64,000 nucleotides of DNA from NCBI GenBank assembly GCA_937861125.1, contig CALMAY010000037.1:68941-132940 (forward strand), given 5' to 3'. The translations under genes were made by a program, and so were the position numbers. This DNA is from an uncultured bacterium. Its GTDB lineage: Bacteria > Patescibacteriota > Patescibacteriia > Magasanikbacterales > UBA922. Positions 44,631 through 53,577 of the stretch are shown one piece after another; positions within the stretch are counted from its first letter, which is position 1, and the number at the start of each line of letters is the position of its first letter. A model generated the notes under the pieces. That model did not search any database, had not been told where the DNA came from, and saw nothing but the letters and a program-made list of their open reading frames with translations.

Positions 44631-44706
44631 TCCACCCGATCCTGCCAATGTATTCGAATGATCGAATGTATTGGGAGGAGGCTAACGGGTGGGTTTTTAT
44701 TTTTTG
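44631..44706 (+). terminator. Bulged terminator hairpin T4 (structural homolog of T1-T3)
   Basis: Lower stem is CCACCCG/CGGGTGG. The upper 17-bp stem is CCTGCCAATGTATTCGA/TCGAATGTATTGGGAGG with one G/G mismatch. There is a 3' bulge AGGCTAA, then T5AT7. Confidence 0.7.
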
Positions 44707-44747
44707 TGTAGTAAACTTCGTCAACTCCGCAAACTCCCAAAACTTCT

Positions 44748-47399
44748 TCATTTTATCTCCCCCCATCGCTTCCCAAATCCAACCTCCACTGCAATCGGTA
44801 CTTTCAATTTCGTTACATTTTGCATTGTCTCTTTTACTAATTTTGAAACCTCGTCTTCCATTCCTTCTTTAACCTCCAACACAAGCTCGTCGTGTACCTG
44901 CAATATCATCTTTGTAGAATTTCTAATTTCTAATTTCAAATTTCTAATATTCTTGTCGAGTTCAATCATAGCGAGCTTCATAATATCCGCCGCTGTACCC
45001 TGCACCGGCATATTGATCGCCATCCGTTCACCCGCATTTCGAAGTTGAAAATTATCTGAACTTAATTCTGGAATATAACGACGACGCCCAAACAATGTCT
45101 CCACATATCCATTATTTTTGGCAAACACCAAGGTCTCATCCAAATATTTTTTTACCCCAGCAAATTTTTGGAAATACGTTTCGATAAATCGCTTCGCTTC
45201 AAACTGTGTCAATCCTGTCCCACGAGCAAGTCCAAACGCCCCCTGACCATAGAGTACGCCAAAGTTCACTGCCTTGGCAGCGCGACGCATATCCTTGGTC
45301 ACGTCCTCGAGTTTCACACCATTGATCACCGCAGCAGTCGCAGCATGGACGTCCTCACCACGCTCAAAGATACCAATCAACGTCTCATCATTGGCAAGCG
45401 AAGCAACCACACGCAATTCAATCTGTGAGTAATCAGCTGCAATCAACGAGCACCCAGGCGCAGCGATAAACGCATTACGAATCTCACGCCCTAGTTCTGT
45501 ACGAATCGGAATGTTTTGCATGTTTGGATCTGTACTTGAAAGTCGTCCAGTGGAAGCCACCGCCTGATTAAACGTTGTGTGGATGCGACCATCATTTTTG
45601 ACCAACGTCGGTAATACATCGATATAGGTATTACGCAGTTTTTCGAGTTCTCGATATTCTTCAATTGATTCTATAATTGGGTGCAGCTCTCGCAATTTAT
45701 CGAGCTCAGACGACGCAGTTGAATATCCTGTCTTTCCTTTTTTAATTCCCTGCGTTGGCAGCGCAAGTGTATCAAACAACACATCGCGCAACTGAGTAGA
45801 TGATGAGATATTAAATTCCACACCAGCTTCTTTCCAAATAGTTTTGCTCACAGCTTCAATTTCACCTGCCACACGCTTGGACAACTCACTCATCATCTGT
45901 GTATCCACCACAATACCGTTTTCCTCCATGTTCGCCAGCACTGGCAACAGCGCCATTTCAATATCGGCAAACACCACTCGATCTGCTGGAGTCAACTGTT
46001 CATTGTATAACGTATAGAGCTGCGTTAATGCAGACACCTCCTGCGTATGATCTTCTGAAGTTTCTGCACCAAACAAATCTCCCTGCACAATTGCAGCTGC
46101 CGTTGCCTCACTCCCAAGCTCTCGCATCATCAACGACGCGAGGTCGTGTGAACGCGTACTACTATTGAGCACATAAGAAGCAATCATGACATCAAAGAGT
46201 GTGTTTTCTACTTTCATTCCTTTTGCAAAAAATGCATGCATCATTTGCTTAATATCATGACCAATTAACGTAAGATCTTTATTACTAAAAAGTGACTGAC
46301 AATCAGTAACTAGCAACTGCAGATTATATATTGCACACGTATCACCTTTTTCAACTCCTATATATATTGTCTCACCGACAATTCGACAAACAAATCGTTT
46401 TACCTCTTCTATCTCTTTTACCAATGTACCAAACTCTTTCTCAGTCTTGACCGACACAACTTCAATGACCTCCTTTTTACTTTTCTTGGTGTTTGTATCT
46501 TGGTGTTTTGATGTTTCTCCAAGAGCCGCACGTGCACGTTTGATAAAAGAGAAAAACTCAAACTTCTGCAATGTTTCAACCACAGTATCTGCCTGAAATG
46601 AAACCGCGCATGTACTCAATTCACACGCAATATCAGGCACATCAGTATGAATCGTCGCTAACTGTTTACTCAACTGTGCGTCTGTTTTTCCCTCAACAAT
46701 TTTTGTATACATTGCTGGTTTCACTAATTCTTTTAACTGATCAAGCCGTTCATACATCTGCTCAATACTTCCAAATTCTTTAATCAATTCAATCGCCGTT
46801 TTGTCACCGACCCCTTTAATCCCTTTGATATTATCCGACGTATCTCCGGCGAGCGCCTTGTAATCTGGGACAAACTTTGGTTCAAAGCCGTAGATATCTA
46901 CCACCTCATCATCACCACAAAGCAGTGTGTCTGACATACCTTTGCGCATCAGATACACTTTGACGTTTCCACCGACAAGCTGAAGCAAATCCTTATCCCC
47001 CGTCACAATCACAATGTCACATTCTGCATTTTGCATTTTGCATTTTTGTGCAAGCGTTCCAATCACATCATCTGCTTCAAATCCTTTCTTTGTTACAATC
47101 GAAATACCAAACGACTCCACCAAAGTATAGACAAGTGGAATTTGATCATAAAGATCCTGGTCTGCCTTGACGCGTGTGGCCTTGTAACTCTCCGCTAAAT
47201 CATTGCGAAACGATCCACCGGCCACATCAAACGCTACCACCATATGTGTTGGTTTGAGATCAGCAATGATTTTGAGTAGCATTGATGCAAATCCAAACAC
47301 CGCCTGTACAGACGTACCATCTTTGGTCGTCATTGGTGGGATGGCGTGATAGGCACGGTGGATGATGGCATTCCCATCAATCAGAACAAATTTACTCAT
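44748..47399 (-). CDS. polA: DNA polymerase I
   Basis: 5'-3' exonuclease domain (VTGDKDLLQL) and polymerase motifs DYSQIELR, RRAAKAVNFG and QVHDELV. Confidence 0.97.
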   Translation of the reverse strand: MSKFVLIDGNAIIHRAYHAIPPMTTKDGTSVQAVFGFASMLLKIIADLKPTHMVVAFDVAGGSFRNDLAESYKATRVKADQDLYDQIPLVYTLVESFGISIVTKKGFEADDVIGTLAQKCKMQNAECDIVIVTGDKDLLQLVGGNVKVYLMRKGMSDTLLCGDDEVVDIYGFEPKFVPDYKALAGDTSDNIKGIKGVGDKTAIELIKEFGSIEQMYERLDQLKELVKPAMYTKIVEGKTDAQLSKQLATIHTDVPDIACELSTCAVSFQADTVVETLQKFEFFSFIKRARAALGETSKHQDTNTKKSKKEVIEVVSVKTEKEFGTLVKEIEEVKRFVCRIVGETIYIGVEKGDTCAIYNLQLLVTDCQSLFSNKDLTLIGHDIKQMMHAFFAKGMKVENTLFDVMIASYVLNSSTRSHDLASLMMRELGSEATAAAIVQGDLFGAETSEDHTQEVSALTQLYTLYNEQLTPADRVVFADIEMALLPVLANMEENGIVVDTQMMSELSKRVAGEIEAVSKTIWKEAGVEFNISSSTQLRDVLFDTLALPTQGIKKGKTGYSTASSELDKLRELHPIIESIEEYRELEKLRNTYIDVLPTLVKNDGRIHTTFNQAVASTGRLSSTDPNMQNIPIRTELGREIRNAFIAAPGCSLIAADYSQIELRVVASLANDETLIGIFERGEDVHAATAAVINGVKLEDVTKDMRRAAKAVNFGVLYGQGAFGLARGTGLTQFEAKRFIETYFQKFAGVKKYLDETLVFAKNNGYVETLFGRRRYIPELSSDNFQLRNAGERMAINMPVQGTAADIMKLAMIELDKNIRNLKLEIRNSTKMILQVHDELVLEVKEGMEDEVSKLVKETMQNVTKLKVPIAVEVGFGKRWGEIK

Positions 47400-47401
47400 A
47401 C

Positions 47402-47575
47402 CTAATGAATCATACTAATAGCAATTTTAGCAATTGCCAACGCTTGCTCAGTGGTAATTTCAGGTGGCTCGGTCATCATCTTTTCCAAACTCTTTAACCC
47501 AAGCGCTTTTGGTATTTCATCCAAATCTTCGGAAATTGTGATTTTTTTTCTTGGTTTTTTTTGAGACTGTTTCAT
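47402..47575 (-). CDS. 57-aa hypothetical basic protein upstream of polA
   Basis: Start set to MKQSQKK because a TGCTACAAT extended -10 lies at 47592-47600. The stop is 2 nt before the polA ATG. Confidence 0.4.
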   Translation of the reverse strand: MKQSQKKPRKKITISEDLDEIPKALGLKSLEKMMTEPPEITTEQALAIAKIAISMIH

Positions 47576-47591
47576 AAAAGTACTTTTTCTC

Positions 47592-47600
47592 ATTGTAGCA
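47592..47600 (-). promoter_or_regulatory. Extended -10 (TGCTACAAT) for the small ORF-polA unit
   Basis: Minus strand: cgTGCTACAATgagaaaaagtactttt ATG. Confidence 0.5.
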
Positions 47601-47610
47601 CGGGTAGGAA

Positions 47611-47635
47611 ACAAAAAACAGCCCTTTTGGCTGTT
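47611..47635 (-). terminator. Terminator after tRNA-Cys
   Basis: Minus strand: AACAGCC-aaaag-GGCTGTT followed by T6. Confidence 0.75.
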
Positions 47636-47638
47636 TAG

Positions 47639-47710
47639 AGGTACCAGTCGGAATCGAACCGACGCATGGAGGTTTTGCAGACCTCCGCCTTACCACTTGG
47701 CAATGGTACC
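47639..47710 (-). tRNA. tRNA-Cys (anticodon GCA)
   Basis: Acceptor is GGTACCA/TGGTACC, discriminator is U73, anticodon arm is GAGGT-CTGCAAA-ACCTC. Confidence 0.9.
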
Positions 47711-47722
47711 ATCGTGAAACGC

Positions 47723-47751
47723 ACTATAACACAGACACAACTCTTTTTCAA
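47723..47751 (-). promoter_or_regulatory. tRNA-Cys promoter
   Basis: Minus strand: TTGAAA, 17-nt spacer, TGT-TATAGT, 12 nt upstream of the tRNA. Confidence 0.6.
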
Positions 47752-47825
47752 GTATAAACCCACCAAAGAATTGGCGGGTTTATCTAGCTTACTCTGCCTA
47801 ATCTGCTTACGAACTTAAAAACCGT

Positions 47826-48398
47826 TTAGAATACTTCCATCTCCACATGCTTCACACCGAGTTCTTTCGCACGAGCACGTGACGCCTTTGCATCCACTTT
47901 TCCATCTTCGCCAAGTACTGCGATATAGACATCCACGTAGCGTGTCCCGTTGTAACGGGTATTCATGCGGTCACGGACAGTAAAGATTTTTTCTGGAAAC
48001 ATCACACCATCGATAACTATATCTTTGAAACGCACCTGTGTTCCAAGTGGTAAGAAATTAGCAGCAATTGCGTCAGTCAGACCTTCCTGAGCCATGATAC
48101 AAAGATCTGATCCATCGGCTGGGATACATGGTGTATTGTCAGTCTGGTTTGGGTCACTCGAGTAAAAAGACAAACGAACCGTCATTGTCTTTTTTACTGG
48201 TTTATCTTCAGCCACCGGAAATGTATTTGCATCTTTTGCTTTCACCTCAGAAAAAATTGAGGTAAAGAATGAACGAGCTGTTGTCGTCGCCTCACTTACT
48301 GAAATTGCATGTACCGGGGTACTCTGCAACAGAAGCGTTGCGATTGCAAGTGTCGAAATTGAATATTTTGTTGCTTTTTGTATTGATGTATGAAACAT
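47826..48398 (-). CDS. Secreted 3D-domain (RlpA/MltA-like double-psi barrel) cell-wall protein
   Basis: Signal peptide, then SFYSSDPNQTDNTPCIPADG ... FTVRDRMNTRY ... VDVYI. Confidence 0.8.
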   Translation of the reverse strand: MFHTSIQKATKYSISTLAIATLLLQSTPVHAISVSEATTTARSFFTSIFSEVKAKDANTFPVAEDKPVKKTMTVRLSFYSSDPNQTDNTPCIPADGSDLCIMAQEGLTDAIAANFLPLGTQVRFKDIVIDGVMFPEKIFTVRDRMNTRYNGTRYVDVYIAVLGEDGKVDAKASRARAKELGVKHVEMEVF

Positions 48399-48530
48399 AT
48401 ATTGTCTGTGGTGTAGTGGGTAATCCCTCTACCACACAGGCGTGTTCCAGAGACCGAAGTTATGGCTCTCACCCATGACCTTGCCTCTAAAAACAGTATA
48501 CCCTGAGGTTAGTACCCCAGGGCGTTACGA
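48399..48530 (-). promoter_or_regulatory. Structured roughly 130-nt 5' leader (candidate cis-regulatory RNA)
   Basis: Three hairpins: CCCUGGGG-uacuaa-CCUCAGGG followed by UAUACUGUUUUU, then GAGAgCC-auaacuuc-GGUCUC. The third is a long hairpin CUGUGugGUAG-aGGGauuaCCCa-CUACacCACAG that ends 10 nt before the AUG. Confidence 0.4.
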
Positions 48531-48536
48531 TGCCCC

Positions 48537-48565
48537 ATAATACCACCAAATTGACTTTTTGTCAA
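48537..48565 (-). promoter_or_regulatory. Promoter of the 3D-domain gene
   Basis: Minus strand: TTGACA, 17-nt spacer, TGG-TATTAT. Confidence 0.65.
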
Positions 48566-48734
48566 TGGGTTATGGCACATAAATAAACAAAATTTGCCTC
48601 TATATAGCAAAATTGTATCTACATGTTATCCACACCCCAAAGAGACCTTTGACAAAGCAATGACGAGACTGTAGGGTTGTGCTATACTATATAACATACA
48701 AATACTAGCTTTTTTAGCTCTATAGAGCATAATT

Positions 48735-51700
48735 ATGAGTCCACATAGAAATCCACACCGCCAATACGGCTTTATCGATGAGGAACAAAACGAAAAAGAT
48801 GAAGAGCAGATACGCGAATCCCAAGAAACACACGCACACACACCTCCTCAACGAACCACACACAAACCAAACCTCTCCACCCAACCACTTGTCTTACAAC
48901 TCTTAACTGGTGTTTTTCGTGGCATTTGGATGATACTCACCTTCATCTTCAAAACACTTTGGATACTCTGTAGAGGGCTTGGCGTACTTCTCCTGAGCGT
49001 ACTTGACCTCACGCGTCTCATTGGAGAAGAACGCAAAGCAGCTCTAAAACAATCATTTTGGAAAATGATTCTTTGGGGAGTAGGACTAGGCACTGTTGCA
49101 TTGGTATTACTCGTGCTATGGGTAAGTAAAGATCTTCCTGACCCAAATCGTATCACTGACCGCAACATCGCCCAAAGTACCAAAATATACGATAGAACAG
49201 GAGAACACATCCTCTATGAAGTGTACGCCGATGAAAAACGCACTCTTGTCACTATCGACAAGCTACCACAACACCTCATCGACGGTGTCATTGCTACTGA
49301 GGATACCAAATTCTACGAACACGCGGGTATTCGTCCACTTTCGTTTTTACGCGCAGCAGTGTTTGGACTACTTCCTGGCAGACGAGCAGCAGGCACATCA
49401 ACACTCACACAACAGCTGGTAAAAAATGCAATTCTCACAAACGAACGTAGCTACATCCGCAAACTCAAAGAGGTAATCCTTTCACTCCGACTCGAACAAA
49501 AGTACACCAAGGATCAGATTTTGCAGATCTATTTCAATGAAATTCCCTACGGTTCTACCAACTTTGGTGTTGAAACAGCGGCTCAAAGTTATTTTGGTAA
49601 AAGTGTCTCTGAACTCAATCTTCAAGAAGCAGCCACCCTCGCAGGGTTTCCAAAAGCACCATCACGCTATCTCAATAACCCAGAAGCGTTGCTCGAGCGT
49701 CGCAACTTTGTCTTGCGTCGCATGTATGAAGAGGGATACATCACCGAAGAAGAGAAAACGTCTGCACAAAATGAACCACTTACACTTTCTCGTACATTTA
49801 GTGACATGAAAGCACCTCACTTTGTACTCTACGTCAAAGAACAATTGGTAGAAAAATTTGGCGAACAACTTGTTGATACCGGTGGACTCAAAGTCATCAC
49901 CACACTGGACTGGAAGATGCAGGAGGCAGCCGAGACAGTGATAGAGAACGCATCATCAACCATGCTTGCGTCAAACGCAAACAATACGGCCCTCCTCGCT
50001 ATGGACCCAAAGACTGGACAGATACTGACGATGGTCGGCTCACGTGATTTTTATGACGACGAGATTGATGGGCAATTCAATGTCGCAACACTCGGTAAAC
50101 GCCAACCAGGATCATCATTCAAACCAATCATCTATGCAGCAGCGTTTGAAAAAGGATATACACCGGATACTATCCTCTATGACGTCAACACCAACTTTGG
50201 TGCCAACGGCTCAACTCCATACGAACCACGCAACTACGATCTCAGCGAACGCGGCCCAGTAACTATTCGCACAGCACTCCAAGGCTCTCTCAATATTCCT
50301 GCTGTCAAAGCACTCTATTTAGTTGGAGATAAAAAGGGGGTGGAATTTGCTGAACGTCTTGGATATAGCACCCTCTCTGAGGGGGAATTTGGACTTTCAC
50401 TCGTACTCGGTGGCGGGGAAGTCAAACTTATTGATCACGTCAATGCTTATGCCGCATTTGCAAACAGTGGCATACAACATGACACGGTCAGTATCCTGAG
50501 TGTCGAAGACCCTACCGGTGACATGCTTTATGAATGGAAAAGAACAAAAGGTACGGAGGTTGTGTCAAAAGAAGTAGCACACACACTCAGCAACGTGCTC
50601 TCAGATGACGCTGCTCGTGCCTATGTCTTTGGTGCTGGTGGGGTGCTCACACTTCCAGACAGACCGGTTGCTGCGAAAACAGGTACTACCAACAACTATG
50701 TTGACGCCTGGACTGTCGGATATACACCAAATCTCGTCGCAGGTGTCTGGGCAGGTAACACCAATAATACCCCAATGAAACAAGGAGATGGAGGAAGTCG
50801 TGTCGCAGCGCCGATTTGGCAAGCATTTATGAAAGCAGCCCTTGCAGACAAACCAATTGAAACATTTCCAGAACCACCACCAAACGACGCCACCAAACCA
50901 GTATTGCGTGGTTCAAGTGAGGGGGGTGCGCGTGTTAGTATCAATCGTGTCACAGGAAAAATCGCAACAAGCTCCACACCACCAGATCTAATTGAAGAAA
51001 AAACATTTATCCAACCACACGATATTCTCCATTACGTCTACAAAGATGATCCTCGTGGTCCAATTCCAACAAATCCACAGGAGGATCCACAATATACTAT
51101 CTGGGAAAATGCCATCGCTGATTGGATTCGAAGAAAAAAAGAAAGTGATCCGAATTGGTCAATTGAATTTGGAGAAGCTCCCACAGAACTTGATGAAGGG
51201 TATGATCCAGCACTTCTCCCAACACTAGAGATCACCTTTCCAAGTGAAAACACAGTACTCACAACACGCGCATTTACATTCCGCATAGAAACAGATGCGC
51301 CGCGCGGTGTGGCAAAAGCCATCTATAGTATTGATGGTAAAATAGTTGAAACAATTCGATCATACCCATTTACGCTTTCGTACTATGCTGCCAATCTTGA
51401 CAGTGGTACACATACACTAAGTGTCTCTGTAGAGGACGACCGAGGAAATAGAACCACAAAAGAACGAACGTTTACACTAGACGCAGGAACACCCACTCCC
51501 GCCGCCACATTTGACACCCAGCCACCGACACTCGATCGCACTGATGCGCCATGGCGCCTGTCAATCCGCACGTTCAAAAACAGCGCTATCCAAAAAATAG
51601 TTATCTATGGAACACATAATGGTAGCACTGAAACCATCGCAGAAATTACACATATCCAAGATATCCTAGACGGAAGACAATCATTTTTGTGGAATAGCAC

Positions 51701-51794
51701 CACCACCTCAGGAGAGTGGCAACTACAACCGGTAGTGTATACAACAACCGGAGAAACACTAGAAATGCCAAAAATTACCGTCATTATTGAGTAA
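48735..51794 (+). CDS. Class A penicillin-binding protein (PBP1A; GT51 glycosyltransferase + transpeptidase) with a C-terminal Ig-like extension
   Basis: GT51 motifs ATEDTKFYEHAGI and RKLKE; transpeptidase motifs SSFKP, SLN and KTGTT. Confidence 0.95.
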   Translation: MSPHRNPHRQYGFIDEEQNEKDEEQIRESQETHAHTPPQRTTHKPNLSTQPLVLQLLTGVFRGIWMILTFIFKTLWILCRGLGVLLLSVLDLTRLIGEERKAALKQSFWKMILWGVGLGTVALVLLVLWVSKDLPDPNRITDRNIAQSTKIYDRTGEHILYEVYADEKRTLVTIDKLPQHLIDGVIATEDTKFYEHAGIRPLSFLRAAVFGLLPGRRAAGTSTLTQQLVKNAILTNERSYIRKLKEVILSLRLEQKYTKDQILQIYFNEIPYGSTNFGVETAAQSYFGKSVSELNLQEAATLAGFPKAPSRYLNNPEALLERRNFVLRRMYEEGYITEEEKTSAQNEPLTLSRTFSDMKAPHFVLYVKEQLVEKFGEQLVDTGGLKVITTLDWKMQEAAETVIENASSTMLASNANNTALLAMDPKTGQILTMVGSRDFYDDEIDGQFNVATLGKRQPGSSFKPIIYAAAFEKGYTPDTILYDVNTNFGANGSTPYEPRNYDLSERGPVTIRTALQGSLNIPAVKALYLVGDKKGVEFAERLGYSTLSEGEFGLSLVLGGGEVKLIDHVNAYAAFANSGIQHDTVSILSVEDPTGDMLYEWKRTKGTEVVSKEVAHTLSNVLSDDAARAYVFGAGGVLTLPDRPVAAKTGTTNNYVDAWTVGYTPNLVAGVWAGNTNNTPMKQGDGGSRVAAPIWQAFMKAALADKPIETFPEPPPNDATKPVLRGSSEGGARVSINRVTGKIATSSTPPDLIEEKTFIQPHDILHYVYKDDPRGPIPTNPQEDPQYTIWENAIADWIRRKKESDPNWSIEFGEAPTELDEGYDPALLPTLEITFPSENTVLTTRAFTFRIETDAPRGVAKAIYSIDGKIVETIRSYPFTLSYYAANLDSGTHTLSVSVEDDRGNRTTKERTFTLDAGTPTPAATFDTQPPTLDRTDAPWRLSIRTFKNSAIQKIVIYGTHNGSTETIAEITHIQDILDGRQSFLWNSTTTSGEWQLQPVVYTTTGETLEMPKITVIIE

Positions 51795-51823
51795 TTATCC
51801 CCACAATCCACAAGTTATCCCCA
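51795..51823. promoter_or_regulatory. Near-consensus DnaA boxes upstream of dnaA
   Basis: TTATCCCCA (51795-51803), CAATCCACA (51804-51812) and TTATCCCCA (51815-51823). Confidence 0.5.
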
Positions 51824-51924
51824 GCTTAGTACAATTTAGCTTTACTAAGCTGGTTTTTTATTCGCTTGGCGTATGGTACACTTCTATCGTATACTGTTTT
51901 CACTGTATTTTATCGTCTTTTTCT

Positions 51925-53331
51925 ATGACCAATCATGAAATCTGGCAATCTGTGATGGCCGAGTTTGAACTCAAGGTCTCAAAGGCCAACTTCACCACCT
52001 GGTTTCACGGTACTGGTATTTCAGAATTTACCCCCGATGGAAATGTGGTTGTCTGTGTACCAACACTCTTTGCCAAAAGTTGGTTAGAAAAAAAATACCA
52101 CGCTGAAATAGTCAAAATACTTGAAACAGTCACTCACCAACGTATTAAAAAAGTGGTTTACAAGGTAGAAAACCCAAAAAATATCGAGGAGAAAGAGATG
52201 TCTTTTGGCTCAACACAGCCACAAAACAACCAACACACTCAATCGGAGCAGCTATTTTCGGCACCTAGTGTACAACCAGAGTATCGACCGATTCCAACAC
52301 AATTTGGACTCAACCCAAAATATACATTTGATACTTTTGTGGTGGGCAAAAACAACGAGCTCGCCCATGCTGCAGCTCAGGCTGTCGCTCGACGTCCTGG
52401 TGAAGCCTACAACCCACTCTTTATCTACGGGGGAGTCGGACTCGGTAAAACTCACTTGCTCCAAGCCATCGCCAATGAGATGCTCACACAAAACCCAAGC
52501 CTTCGTATTACCTACGTAAACACAGAGAAATTTATGGGGGAGTTTATCCTTGCACTTAAAGAAAAACGCATGGACGAATTCAAACAGCGTTATCGTACCA
52601 CCGACCTTCTCCTTATTGATGATATTCAATTTATCGGAGGTAAAGAGCAAACCCAAGAAGAGTTCTTTCACACATTCAACGAACTTCATCAAAATTATAA
52701 ACAAATTGTTCTCACCGCTGACCGACCACCAAAAGCGATTCCAGCGCTTGAAGATCGTCTTCGTAGTCGATTTGAGTGGGGGATGATTGTAGATGTAACA
52801 AGTCCAGATCTAGAAACACGTGTGGCGATTTTACAAACTAAGTGTCAAGAGCGCCATTTTCCGATTCAAGAAGAATACCTTCAACTTATTGCAGCAAGCA
52901 TACAAAACAATATTCGTGAGCTTGAGGGCGCTCTGAACAAAGTAATTGCCTATCACCAACTCAAAAATATTGAACCGGACAAAGAAAGTGTCAAAGCAGT
53001 ACTCTCAACACTTGAAAACCGAGCAAGTAAGAAATCAACAACACCAAAAGAAATTATTGAAACTGTTGCTAAGTTCTTTGATATCTCTTTAGATGAACTC
53101 CAGAGTAAAGGAAGAGAGAAACGTGTCTCATACCCACGTCAAATTATCATGTACCTTTTACGCTCCGAACTTCACCTCTCCTACCCAGCTATTGGAGACG
53201 AGATGGGTGGACGAGACCATACCACCGCCATCCACGCAGACGAAAAAATAAAGAAAGATGTAGAAAATGATCCAAAAGTAAAACAAGATGTTGATCTCAT
53301 CAAGCAGCGCATCTATACCGACGCGGTATAA
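51925..53331 (+). CDS. dnaA: Chromosomal replication initiator DnaA
   Basis: FIYGGVGLGKTHL, LLIDDIQF, and the C-terminal DNA-binding domain (GGRDHTTAIHA). Start moved to MTNHEIW. Confidence 0.97.
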   Translation: MTNHEIWQSVMAEFELKVSKANFTTWFHGTGISEFTPDGNVVVCVPTLFAKSWLEKKYHAEIVKILETVTHQRIKKVVYKVENPKNIEEKEMSFGSTQPQNNQHTQSEQLFSAPSVQPEYRPIPTQFGLNPKYTFDTFVVGKNNELAHAAAQAVARRPGEAYNPLFIYGGVGLGKTHLLQAIANEMLTQNPSLRITYVNTEKFMGEFILALKEKRMDEFKQRYRTTDLLLIDDIQFIGGKEQTQEEFFHTFNELHQNYKQIVLTADRPPKAIPALEDRLRSRFEWGMIVDVTSPDLETRVAILQTKCQERHFPIQEEYLQLIAASIQNNIRELEGALNKVIAYHQLKNIEPDKESVKAVLSTLENRASKKSTTPKEIIETVAKFFDISLDELQSKGREKRVSYPRQIIMYLLRSELHLSYPAIGDEMGGRDHTTAIHADEKIKKDVENDPKVKQDVDLIKQRIYTDAV

Positions 53332-53577
53332 CCTGTGGATAGTGTGCATATATATGTGTAAAAACATGAGCAAAACCCTGTGGAAATACTTCTAATAAGT
53401 GCAGAGAGTTATACAGACTATCCACACTGATACAGAAAAAACAATCTCTCCACACACCATCTCCCAATTCATCCACAGAGATATAAAGTAATTATTTCTC
53501 TCAACAGAGATAAAAAGATACGTTATACAGATTATCCACAGTACAACTATCTACTATTAGTTAATATATATACTTAT
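53332..53577. other. oriC (DnaA-box cluster plus AT-rich unwinding element)
   Basis: The boxes are:
- CTATCCACA as its complement at 53334-53342
- CTATCCACA at 53418-53426
- TCATCCACA at 53469-53477
- perfect TTATCCACA at 53532-53540
TTATACAGA appears twice. The AT-rich tract TATTAGTTAATATATATACTTAT lies next to the dnaN start. Confidence 0.8.

Noticed and set aside
47022-47045. Heptamer repeat (GCATTTT)x3 inside polA, and an 18-nt exact match (47022-47039) to the reverse complement of 30016-30033 in the surface gene. A further AATTTCT-type repeat lies at 44927-44950. Together these looked like a possible shared insertion element or phase-variation tract.
   Set aside because: Both polA tracts are in frame within conserved regions (KCKMQNAECD replaces the usual linker before TGDKD with only about 2 extra residues). 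polA is essential and unlikely to be phase-variable. An 18-mer match between A/T-rich 7-nt periodic sequences in 64 kb is only marginally unexpected. It is noted here but not claimed as an element.
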